DNA of 64,000 bases from Flavobacteriaceae bacterium (GTDB lineage Bacteria > Bacteroidota > Bacteroidia > Flavobacteriales > Flavobacteriaceae). Made by a program: the position numbers and the translations under genes. This document shows, piece by piece, positions 44,254-54,949 of the stretch (its first letter is position 1; every line of letters starts with the position of its first letter). The stretch covers positions 39,961 through 103,960 of the forward strand of contig JABAZK010000163.1 of assembly GCA_018608485.1 (NCBI GenBank). Reading direction: 5' to 3'. Below the pieces are notes generated by a model. The model worked only from the letters and a program-made list of their open reading frames with translations, searched no databases and was not told the DNA's origin.

Positions 44254-44748
44254 TTGTCAGAAAAATTAATGATTAACGCTATTGAAAAGAATCTTTGTAG
44301 GGGTGTAAATTTACTCAATTCCATTTCTGATGAACAATATAGTAATACTTCCACACCTCCATACTATTCCAGTATCGGAACACATATAAGGCATATTTTA
44401 GATATTTTTAATTGTATTTTTTTAGGATTAGATACTCAAAAAGTAGATTTTTCTCAAAGAGAAAGAAATCCGATAGCAGAAAAAACTACTTCAGGTGGTA
44501 TTGCTTATTTTAATGATATTATTTCAAAACTTAAAACTCTCTCAGAAGAAGATTTTAAGCAAATAATTGCTGTTACTGACGAATTAGGAGATGGAAAAGT
44601 AACTGTAGATTATTTTCTTGAAGCAGTTTTAATGCAAGCTCATAGCCACGCAATACATCATTTCGCAACAATAGGTTATATTGTAAGTAAATTAGATGTA
44701 GAATTACTTGATGATGGTTTCGGTTATAATCCTACTAGCCCTCGGTAA
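44254..44748 (+). CDS. DinB/YfiT-like metalloprotein
   Basis: SSIGTHIRHILD, SHAIHH and FGYNPTS. Confidence 0.85.
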   Translation: MSEKLMINAIEKNLCRGVNLLNSISDEQYSNTSTPPYYSSIGTHIRHILDIFNCIFLGLDTQKVDFSQRERNPIAEKTTSGGIAYFNDIISKLKTLSEEDFKQIIAVTDELGDGKVTVDYFLEAVLMQAHSHAIHHFATIGYIVSKLDVELLDDGFGYNPTSPR

Positions 44749-44764
44749 AGCTCAACTAATTAAT

Positions 44765-45808
44765 TTATTTATCTATTTTTTGTAAACCAGTAGAATATTT
44801 CTGCAATTGTATCATTTCCTTAACAAATGGCAGTGTTTTAGTTAATTTAACTCCACTAATTTGGTTGTTATATCTAGCAATTTTAAATAGGTGTTTCCAA
44901 TGATCTCTAATAATTTTTAATGCTTTAAAATAATTGATTTTATTTGCATCATAAATATTTCCTGGTTCGGCCAAAATACCATTTATCTCTACTATCATAA
45001 AATTTCCTTCATATAGCTCTCTTAAACTGTTGTATTTAATATCTAAACGACCGTAATACCATCCATCTATTTGATGACTTATAGAGTCTAAAATAGTTTC
45101 TATTTTTTTATTTATTAAATGATTTCCATTAATAAACTGAGTTCCTTTTGAATGATTTCCAATTGAGGATAACTTCTTTACACTATTTTTCTCTAGAATT
45201 AAATTCCAGTCTATAGTAGTATCTTCTTTTAATGTTGAATAGTATATTGAAGCTCTCTTATCTTTATGAACTAATTCCAATAAGCTTGATTTTCCATCCC
45301 CTTTAATAGACAAAAACTTTTTTAAAGTAAGGGAAGAAATTGTCCCTTTTTTATGGTAAGGATATCTGTAATAAAAAATACCACATTCATATTCATGTGA
45401 CATAAATTGTTGTATGATAAAATCAATAGAGTATTTTTTTAAATGATTTATAAGTGATGTTTTTGTTTTAATTTTTTTTACCAATAAACCCCTAAAACCA
45501 ACATCAGGTTTAATAATGAGAGGAAAACTGATTCCCCTATTATTTATTTCTTGTAAGGTGATCTTTATATCCTGATTTTTTCTGTGAAGAATTGATTTTG
45601 GGACGTATTTTCTCGGAATCATTTGTAGGGTGTTGAATTTAGATTCTGATCCAATACCTGCGTTTTTTAATCCAGGATTTGTAGCTGTATAAAAAACAAA
45701 ACTTTTTGTGCGAATAGCATAATAGAGTGCTAAAGGAATATTAGGCATATAAAACATTAACATAGGCCAGTATTCCCAATGAATTAATTTATAAAATTTA
45801 TTTTTCAT
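44765..45808 (-). CDS. ATP-grasp (D-Ala-D-Ala ligase-like) protein of unknown substrate
   Basis: WEYWP N-terminus, FPLIIKPDVGFRG, GRLDIK and IVEING. Confidence 0.82.
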   Translation of the reverse strand: MKNKFYKLIHWEYWPMLMFYMPNIPLALYYAIRTKSFVFYTATNPGLKNAGIGSESKFNTLQMIPRKYVPKSILHRKNQDIKITLQEINNRGISFPLIIKPDVGFRGLLVKKIKTKTSLINHLKKYSIDFIIQQFMSHEYECGIFYYRYPYHKKGTISSLTLKKFLSIKGDGKSSLLELVHKDKRASIYYSTLKEDTTIDWNLILEKNSVKKLSSIGNHSKGTQFINGNHLINKKIETILDSISHQIDGWYYGRLDIKYNSLRELYEGNFMIVEINGILAEPGNIYDANKINYFKALKIIRDHWKHLFKIARYNNQISGVKLTKTLPFVKEMIQLQKYSTGLQKIDK

Positions 45809-45810
45809 GA

Positions 45811-46056
45811 TTATTTATCTGAAAAAAGTGCATCTAGTAGGGTTTTAAACGTTTTGAAGGCAAAAAATAATGTAAAAATAATTAGTAAAGAGGAAAGAAT
45901 TACTCCTAAAATACTAATATAAAAAAGTGGCCCTTCTTTGTATAATTTTAATGCCTTAAAAGAGAGTGTAAGTAGGAGGGGAGAAGCAATTAATAGTCCT
46001 AATAAAATTAGTAATTTTTGTAATCCATTGGCTGCTAGGTCTTGATTTATTGCCAT
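45811..46056 (-). CDS. Small two-TM membrane protein (DUF6095-like)
   Basis: 81 aa with two hydrophobic helices. Translationally coupled to murQ. Confidence 0.75.
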   Translation of the reverse strand: MAINQDLAANGLQKLLILLGLLIASPLLLTLSFKALKLYKEGPLFYISILGVILSSLLIIFTLFFAFKTFKTLLDALFSDK

Positions 46057-46865
46057 TATTTATAGTTTTTAATAGCTTTTCTTACACTTCCGTATTCTTG
46101 TAATAATTGGCTGGCCTTTGTTTTATTAATATGAAGTTCTTTGCAAAGCATCATAATACCTCTATTTACTAGTTTGTCATTAGATAGCTGCATATCAATC
46201 ATTTTATTACCTTTAACTTTTCCTAATAGAATCATCGTAGTTGTAGAGATCATGTTCAAAACCATTTTTTGAGCAGTTCCAGCTTTCATTCTTGAGCTTC
46301 CAGTTATAAATTCAGGTCCAACAACTGTTTCTATAGGATACAATGCAGTAGTACTTAAGGGAGAATTTTTATTACAGGTTATACATCCCGTAATAATCTT
46401 ATTTTTATTACACATTTCTAGAGCTGAAATTACATATGGAGTAGTGCCTGAAGCAGCTATTCCTACAACAACATCTTTTGTTGAAATTTGTTGATCTAGA
46501 AGATCTTTCCAGCCCTGAGTTTTAGAATCTTCTGCAAATTCAACGGCTTTTCGGATAGCTGTATCCCCACCAGCTATTAAACCATTTACTAATTCATGAG
46601 ACACCCCGAATGTTGGTGGGCACTCAGAGGCATCTAAAATTCCAAGTCGACCACTAGTCCCAGCTCCAATATAAAATAAACGACCTCCATTGGTTATCTT
46701 TTTAACAATGATTTTTGAAAGAAGTTCAATTTGAGGGATTGCTTTTTCAACTGCAAAAGCTACCGTTTTATCTTCATTATTTATATAAGTTAAGAGTTCT
46801 GAGCTAGACATCTTTTCCAGATGATTATAGTTAGAATCTAGTTCTGTAGTTTTTGTATAACCCAT
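46056..46865 (-). CDS. murQ: N-acetylmuramic acid 6-phosphate etherase
   Basis: GAGTSGRLG, DASECPPTFG and GSSRMKAGTAQK. Confidence 0.96.
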   Translation of the reverse strand: MGYTKTTELDSNYNHLEKMSSSELLTYINNEDKTVAFAVEKAIPQIELLSKIIVKKITNGGRLFYIGAGTSGRLGILDASECPPTFGVSHELVNGLIAGGDTAIRKAVEFAEDSKTQGWKDLLDQQISTKDVVVGIAASGTTPYVISALEMCNKNKIITGCITCNKNSPLSTTALYPIETVVGPEFITGSSRMKAGTAQKMVLNMISTTTMILLGKVKGNKMIDMQLSNDKLVNRGIMMLCKELHINKTKASQLLQEYGSVRKAIKNYK

Positions 46866-46931
46866 TATTTATCAAACATTACTTTATATCCATAAATATA
46901 AATATAAATTAAGCTGAAATTAATTAAATCT

Positions 46932-46959
46932 AAAAAAAAGAGTGCATTTATGCACTCTT
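46932..46959 (-). terminator. icd terminator
   Basis: AAGAGTGCAT-tt-ATGCACTCTT stem with a T tract on the minus strand. Confidence 0.8.
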
Positions 46960-46982
46960 AAATTTAAGAAAGGAAAAAGTGT

Positions 46983-49229
<2,247 letters not shown>

Positions 49230-49272
49230 CTAGAGATTTGATTTAAAAGGGTTTTTTTGTGTAAAAACAGCG

Positions 49273-49280
49273 CAAATTTA
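49273..49280 (-). promoter_or_regulatory. icd promoter -7 element
   Basis: TAAATTTG (TAnnTTTG consensus) about 65 nt upstream of the ATG. Confidence 0.65.
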
Positions 49281-49359
49281 AGAATTATAGTGAAATTTAA
49301 CGAAGTTAGCTTGGTTTAATTTTGAGATATTTTTTTTATGATCAAATTTAAAAAATGAT

Positions 49360-49405
49360 AAAAAAATAAAAGCCATATCCTTCAATTTCTTGAGTGATAT
49401 GGCTT
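49360..49405 (-). terminator. Intrinsic terminator closing the candidate ncRNA
   Basis: On the minus strand AAGCCATATC-a-c-TCAA-GAAA-TTGA-ag-GATATGGCTT followed by TTATTTTTTT. Confidence 0.82.
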
Positions 49406-49782
49406 CTTTAGAGACTAACTGTAAACAATGACTTGTATTTCTACACAATCAAATAGAGATATGACTCTATGCTTCTTTTAAACAAAGAAACTGTCTCTTT
49501 GTTAGACTCAGATTGGAAGTCCGTCTTACTTTGGCCTAAGCCTTGGTTCAACTTGGTGGAGCTTCCATCTAGATACTTTTCAATTTGTATTACTAATAGT
49601 AAAAACTTTTTTAGTTATGTTTTGTTACTTTCGCAACTCTACAGTCTCTAATTGTCTTTGACGGAGCCTAAACTCTGTTTGGACATTTGAAAGGTGGTCT
49701 AGAAAATAAAGAACGTTACTTTATCAAATTACTCGGCCTGTCGTCTTTTTCTTTCGAAAGTTATTACATTGCTTTGTAATTA
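49360..49782 (-). ncRNA. Candidate ~420-nt structured ncRNA, family unassigned
   Basis: Own promoter and terminator, four GAAA-capped hairpins, long-range helices with minus-strand G-U pairs, and no long ORF on the minus strand. Confidence 0.7.
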
Positions 49783-49786
49783 CATT

Positions 49787-49817
49787 CAAATATAATATAT
49801 GAAACGACTTATGCAAA
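49787..49817 (-). promoter_or_regulatory. Bacteroidota housekeeping-sigma promoter of the candidate ncRNA
   Basis: TTTG (49817-49814), a 19-nt spacer, then TATATTTG (49794-49787): a consensus match. Confidence 0.8.
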
Positions 49818-49871
49818 TTTTTTAAGTAATTAGAAATCAACAATGTACTAACACAAGTTGTCAACATTTGT

Positions 49872-49915
49872 TAATTAAAGAAGGGCTTCATTTTCATGAA
49901 GCCCTTCTTTAATTA
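49872..49915 (-). terminator. rplS terminator
   Basis: Perfect 20-bp stem TAATTAAAGAAGGGCTTCAT/ATGAAGCCCTTCTTTAATTA with a 4-nt loop, 17 nt after the rplS stop. Confidence 0.85.
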
Positions 49916-49932
49916 TAGTTTGAAAAAGCGAA

Positions 49933-50283
49933 TTATCTTCTTTTTTCTTGAATTCTCGCTTTTTTACCTGTAAGATTTCTGAAGTAATAAATACGAGCTC
50001 TTCTAACTTTACCTCGCTTATTAACCTCTATTTTTTGAATAGATGGAAGGTTAATTGGAAATATTCTTTCTACACCTACAGTACCAGACATTTTTCTGAT
50101 AGTAAAAGTTTCTGAAGATCCAGTGCCTCTTTTTTGAATAACTACTCCTTTAAAAAACTGAGTACGAACTTTATCTCCCTCTCTAATTTCATAAAATACT
50201 GTAATAGTATCACCAGCAGAGAATTCTGGATTTTCATTTCTTGTTACAAATTCGTCTTGTACAAATTTTACTAAAGATTCCAT
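49933..50283 (-). CDS. rplS: 50S ribosomal protein L19
   Basis: FSAGDTITV, RTQFFKG, GVERIFP and GKVRRARIYY. Confidence 0.98.
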   Translation of the reverse strand: MESLVKFVQDEFVTRNENPEFSAGDTITVFYEIREGDKVRTQFFKGVVIQKRGTGSSETFTIRKMSGTVGVERIFPINLPSIQKIEVNKRGKVRRARIYYFRNLTGKKARIQEKRR

Positions 50284-50299
50284 TTTATTATTTTAAAAT

Positions 50300-50345
50300 T
50301 TTCTAAACTAACGTTCACGATTTTCGTCAGAGGTTATTTTTAGCG
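50300..50345 (-). promoter_or_regulatory. rplS 5' leader structure, probable L19-Flavobacteria ribosomal leader
   Basis: Leader CCUCUGACGAAAAUCGUGAACGUUAG forms a CUGACG/CGUUAG stem downstream of promoter TAGATTTG (50350-50357). An L19 leader motif is described for Flavobacteria; the match is from memory. Confidence 0.6.
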
Positions 50346-50390
50346 AGTGCAAATCTAATGATTTATTTTAGGATATAAAATCTATTCAAG

Positions 50391-51869
50391 TTATTTTTTT
50401 GGTAGATAGTTTTTGCAGTAAAACACCCAAAACTTTCGTTCTTTTAATGACCCTTCATTAATAATAATTGGATCTAATTCTTCATAAGATTTAAAAAAAG
50501 GTTGAATTTTTTCAGGGAGTTTGCCTAGTTTATTTTTGTTTTTGTTTTTTTTGTCTGAGTCTATATAAAATGCATTCTTACCTTTATAATCATTCATATC
50601 ATCACCTATGTAATCAAAATGAAGCGCAGGTTGATTTATTACATTTTGAGCAAAAATAGTTTTTGATGTAAAAAACCGAAGTTGTGCAGAGGTCTTATAT
50701 CCATCAATTGAAAATATAAATGCTTGTGCATCTTTTTCCGAAATTTCCTCAACTTTTTCGCCTAATTCTTTCCATCCTACCCAGGTGTCATCGCTCTTTA
50801 CAGGAACAAAATAAAAAATAATTTGGCTTGCAATAATGACATGAAATATAATAGAGATAAGTAATTGAGTATTTAGTAGTTTTTTAGATATGTACATCCC
50901 GGCTATAATAGTTCCGGTTACGTATGATGGCATCATCCAGTTTAACTTTACCCAGTATACAGGACTGATTAAAAAGAAACCGATAAAAGTTGGTGTAAAG
51001 AATGCTAACAAAAAAAGAGTTTTTTCGGAAGGTAATGAGAATTTTATGAGTGCTTTTTTTATGTGTTTGAAGGAGAAAACTATAAATACACTGAATAATA
51101 TTGGAAGTAATAAAATTAATTGATGTCCAATTACTCCCAAAAATAAGATAGGTTTTATTTCAAACTTGCTTATTGAACTTGTTCTTTCTGAGGATTGAAA
51201 AGCAAAAGAAGCAAAGTCATTTTGATAATTCCACCACCAGACTGGAAAGGTTACTGCTATCGATATCATAAGACTTAACCATAACCATGGAGAAATCAAT
51301 AGTTTTCTGTACTTGGTAGAGAAAATAACAAAACCCAAGATACCAATTTGTAAAAGTAGAGCAGTGTATTTACTATCAAAGGCTAACCCCATAGCAATAC
51401 CCGCTAAAATCCAATAGATTTTTATTTGTTCAAAAATTGCTTTGTAAATAAATAAGATACTCAATGTCCAAAACAGCAATAGAGGAACATCAGGTGTAGA
51501 ATTGAAAGAGATAACAGAAATAAAAAGCGTTGATACAAATAAAATTACACTTTTAGATTGGCGATGTTTAGACAAAAAAAGTGAAGATAATCTATAAAAA
51601 CAAATAATAGTTAAACTACTAATAGTAAAGTCAGTTAATTTTACTACAAAAATTGATTGACCAAATACATCTGTAAAAATTCTTAAGATATATCCAATCA
51701 TTCCGGGATGATCAAAATAAGAAAGTGAAAGGTTTTGACCATATAAATAATAATAGGCGTCTTGGGGCATTAGTCCCATAAATGGCAATAAAAAAAAGCG
51801 AAATAGTTGAAATCCTAAAACCCAGGAGATTGCAGTATTATTTTTTAAAAATGAAGTAATTTTTTTCAA
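50391..51869 (-). CDS. ArnT/PMT-like (GT39/GT83, GT-C fold) membrane glycosyltransferase
   Basis: QDAYY...SYFDHPGM, TPDVPLLLFW, SKYT and SFAFQ. Many TM segments. Confidence 0.9.
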   Translation of the reverse strand: MKKITSFLKNNTAISWVLGFQLFRFFLLPFMGLMPQDAYYYLYGQNLSLSYFDHPGMIGYILRIFTDVFGQSIFVVKLTDFTISSLTIICFYRLSSLFLSKHRQSKSVILFVSTLFISVISFNSTPDVPLLLFWTLSILFIYKAIFEQIKIYWILAGIAMGLAFDSKYTALLLQIGILGFVIFSTKYRKLLISPWLWLSLMISIAVTFPVWWWNYQNDFASFAFQSSERTSSISKFEIKPILFLGVIGHQLILLLPILFSVFIVFSFKHIKKALIKFSLPSEKTLFLLAFFTPTFIGFFLISPVYWVKLNWMMPSYVTGTIIAGMYISKKLLNTQLLISIIFHVIIASQIIFYFVPVKSDDTWVGWKELGEKVEEISEKDAQAFIFSIDGYKTSAQLRFFTSKTIFAQNVINQPALHFDYIGDDMNDYKGKNAFYIDSDKKNKNKNKLGKLPEKIQPFFKSYEELDPIIINEGSLKERKFWVFYCKNYLPKK

Positions 51870-51891
51870 ATTATTAAATCTTTCTTTGGGT

Positions 51892-52575
51892 TTACTGGTT
51901 TTCGTCTAGTAAATCTGGTCTAATTTGTTGTGTTCGTTCATATGCCTTTTCAGATCTCCATTCATCTATTTTAGGAAAATTACCAGACAACAAAATTTCA
52001 GGCACTTTCATCCCTTCATAATTTGAGGGTCTTGTATACACAGGAGGTGATAATAAATTATCTTGAAATGAATCAGTTAATGCAGAGGTTTCATCTCCAA
52101 TAACCCCCGGAATCAAGCGCACTATGCTGTCTATTAAAACTGCTGCAGCTAATTCTCCACCAGTTAACACATAGTCTCCAATAGAAATTTCTTTTGTTAT
52201 GTATCTATCACGAACTCTTTGATCTACTCCTTTGTAATGACCAGTTAGAATGATAATATTTTTTTGAAGAGATAGTGTGTTTGCCGTAGATTGGTTTAAT
52301 GTTTTTGCATCTGGAGTCATATATATTATTTCATCATAAACTCGTTCAGCTTTTAGTGCATCGATACATTTAGAAATTGGCTCAATCATTAATACCATTC
52401 CTGCACCACCTCCAAATTGAGTATCATCAATTTGTTTGTAGTTTCCTAGACCGAAGGTTCTTAAATCATGAATCACAATTTCTGCCAGACCTTTTTCTTT
52501 TGCTCTCTTTACAATAGAATGATTAAAAGGGCTTTCTAATAAATCGGGTGCTGCTGAAATAATATCTATACGCAT
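51892..52575 (-). CDS. trmD: tRNA (guanine37-N1)-methyltransferase
   Basis: [20 protein letters not shown] and [11 protein letters not shown]. Confidence 0.97.
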   Translation of the reverse strand: MRIDIISAAPDLLESPFNHSIVKRAKEKGLAEIVIHDLRTFGLGNYKQIDDTQFGGGAGMVLMIEPISKCIDALKAERVYDEIIYMTPDAKTLNQSTANTLSLQKNIIILTGHYKGVDQRVRDRYITKEISIGDYVLTGGELAAAVLIDSIVRLIPGVIGDETSALTDSFQDNLLSPPVYTRPSNYEGMKVPEILLSGNFPKIDEWRSEKAYERTQQIRPDLLDENQ

Positions 52576-52628
52576 AGGTGCAAATGTACAAGAAATGTTG
52601 GTTTTAAAAGATTAAAAAGGGGGAGTAC

Positions 52629-53240
52629 TTAACGTTTTTTAAAACTACAAAAAATAAAATTTTGAATAGTGTTAAATGGAGTTTGATGATTTTTAATTAC
52701 ACATTTCACTGGTTCAAATTTAGAATTAAAAGTTTTATGCATTTTATTTTTTGAATATTGAGTAATCTCTAAACCACTACATTTTAATGGTCCATTTTTT
52801 GAAAAAGTTCCAATAATTAAATTTTTTGACACATATTTTTGAGTTGTTGAAACGTACGTTTTTATATCGTTTTCTTTTGTTAGAAAATGAAAAGCTGCAC
52901 GATCATGCCATACATCATAGTTTTTTTCTGGTTTAAAGTCAATAATATTTGAAACTATCCAAGTAACTTTGGTTGCTTTTGTGCCTAAACGACTTTTAGC
53001 TCTTTCTATCGCTTTACTAGAAATATCTAAAACAGAAATATTGGTGTATCCATCATCTAATAAAAAATCTACTAAAAAACTATCACCTCCACCAATGTCT
53101 ATAATGCTAGCATCTTTATTTAATTTCAAAGATTGAATAAAATCAAGAGAATCTTTGGGTATTTTTTGAGTCCAACTTACCTGTTCTTGTGTTTTGGTTT
53201 CATAAACAGTTTCCCAATGTTTTTTGATGTTAAAAGTCAT
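52629..53240 (-). CDS. Class I SAM-dependent methyltransferase
   Basis: HWETVY, IIDIGGG, WHDRAAFHFL and GPLKCSGL. Confidence 0.92.
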   Translation of the reverse strand: MTFNIKKHWETVYETKTQEQVSWTQKIPKDSLDFIQSLKLNKDASIIDIGGGDSFLVDFLLDDGYTNISVLDISSKAIERAKSRLGTKATKVTWIVSNIIDFKPEKNYDVWHDRAAFHFLTKENDIKTYVSTTQKYVSKNLIIGTFSKNGPLKCSGLEITQYSKNKMHKTFNSKFEPVKCVIKNHQTPFNTIQNFIFCSFKKR

Positions 53241-53298
53241 ATAAAAAATTTATGATGATGATGATTAGGTGTTTAATTAGTAATTTATATAAACCTAC

Positions 53299-54855
53299 TT
53301 ATAATAATTCAATTGCTGCCTCTGCGCATCTTTCACCATCCATAGCTGCAGAGACTATTCCTCCAGCATAGCCTCCCCCTTCACCACAAGGAAATAACCC
53401 TTTAATCTCAGGATGTTCTAAATTTTCTTTTCTAGGGATGTTTACTGGTGAAGAAGTTCTGGATTCTACCCCTACAATATTTGCTTCATTTGTGTAATAA
53501 CCATGCATTTTTTTACCAAAAGCATGAAACCCTTTACGTAAACGATTTCCAATCAATCTGGGTAATAGGGAATGCATGGGTGCTGAGTTTAATCCGGGTT
53601 GATAAGAGCTGTCGTTTAAATCTTGAGATATTTTTCCATCTACAAAATCTACTAACCTCTGGGCAGGGGCACTTTGCGTTCTCCCTCCAGATGTAAAAGC
53701 AAGACGCTCTAAACTCTTTTGATATTCTAGACCTTTTAATGGACCAAATTGGTCATACTTAGGGATGTCTTTATCTACATTTATTTCTACAACTATACCA
53801 GAGTTGGCAAATTTATTATTTCGTCTCGATGGAGACATGCCATTAACAACAACCTCTCCACTAGATGTAGCAGCAGGAACTATAAAGCCCCCAGGACACA
53901 TGCAAAAAGAATAAACCCCTCTATTATTTACTTGATGAACAAGGCTATATGCAGCAGCTGGTAAAAGTTCATCTCTAACTCCTTTGCAACTATATTGAAT
54001 GCTGTCTATAATTTCTTGTGGATGTTCTACGCGAACTCCCATAGCAAATGACTTTGCTTTGAGTGCTATATTTTTCTTGTGTAATAATTCATAAATATCT
54101 CTAGCCGAATGACCAGTAGCTAAAATAACTGAGTTCACAGTTAATTCATTATTATTTTCTAATCGTATGGCAACTAATTTATTGTTCTCAATAACAAAAT
54201 CCGATACTTTCGAGTTAAAATGAATTTCACCACCAAAATTTAGGATAGTTTCTCTAATATTTTGAATAATTTTTGGAAGCTTATTGGTTCCAATGTGAGG
54301 GTGTGCATCAATTAAGATTTGGTCTGTAGCTCCATGGTAAACCAGATTTTCAAAAATACGCCTAACATCTCCTCTTTTTAAACTTCTTGTATACAATTTT
54401 CCATCAGAATAAGTTCCAGCCCCACCTTCACCAAAGCAATAATTAGAATTATCATTAACAATGTGATCTCTATTTATAGCCTTAATATCTCTTCTTCGTT
54501 CTTGAACATTTTTTCCACGTTCTAAAACAATGGGTTTGTATCCTAACTCAATACATCGTAATGCTGCATACATCCCGGCAGGACCAAAACCAATAATATG
54601 AATTTCTTTAGCTTTAGAAACATCTTTATACTCAAAAGAGTATGCTGATTTTTCAAGAATGTTTTCATCAATATATACTGCAACTTTGTAATTAAAGAAA
54701 ATTTCTTTTTTTCTGGCATCAATAGATTTTCTGAGTAATTTTATGCCACTAATTTCTTTAGAATCAACTCCAAGTTTTTTTGCAGCTTTGTGCAGTAAAG
54801 CTCCTTCTTTTTTTTCTTCAATAAGATTAGTTCGGAGTTGAATCTCTTTTATCAT
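53299..54855 (-). CDS. NAD(P)/FAD-dependent oxidoreductase (uncharacterised family)
   Basis: GFGPAG, FGEGGAGTYSDGKL, FCMCPGG and GEGGGYAGGI. Confidence 0.92.
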   Translation of the reverse strand: MIKEIQLRTNLIEEKKEGALLHKAAKKLGVDSKEISGIKLLRKSIDARKKEIFFNYKVAVYIDENILEKSAYSFEYKDVSKAKEIHIIGFGPAGMYAALRCIELGYKPIVLERGKNVQERRRDIKAINRDHIVNDNSNYCFGEGGAGTYSDGKLYTRSLKRGDVRRIFENLVYHGATDQILIDAHPHIGTNKLPKIIQNIRETILNFGGEIHFNSKVSDFVIENNKLVAIRLENNNELTVNSVILATGHSARDIYELLHKKNIALKAKSFAMGVRVEHPQEIIDSIQYSCKGVRDELLPAAAYSLVHQVNNRGVYSFCMCPGGFIVPAATSSGEVVVNGMSPSRRNNKFANSGIVVEINVDKDIPKYDQFGPLKGLEYQKSLERLAFTSGGRTQSAPAQRLVDFVDGKISQDLNDSSYQPGLNSAPMHSLLPRLIGNRLRKGFHAFGKKMHGYYTNEANIVGVESRTSSPVNIPRKENLEHPEIKGLFPCGEGGGYAGGIVSAAMDGERCAEAAIELL

Positions 54856-54949
54856 AGTACAAACTTACTAGATATATTTTGTTTTTGATATTCTATTGTT
54901 AAAAACAATTTCTTTTGCACAAATAGTTGATAATGTAGAGATAAAGAAA

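Noticed and set aside
49469-49651. 60-aa plus-strand ORF in the track (MLLLNKETV...)
   Set aside because: No plus-strand promoter or recognisable domain. It lies antisense to the structured RNA candidate, whose promoter, terminator and G-U pairs all point to the minus strand.
49360-49782. Identification as tmRNA, RNase P RNA, 6S or a group I/II intron
   Set aside because: No GGGG...UCCACCA tRNA-like ends or ALAA tag, no GAGGAAAGUCC / ACAGAA..CGGCUUA, too long for 6S, and no domain V. AGAGACU resembles the group I R element, but the unit does not interrupt a gene and I saw no convincing S element.
53252-53265. (ATG)4 microsatellite in the spacer
   Set aside because: Too short and intergenic, with no evidence of a phase-variation role.
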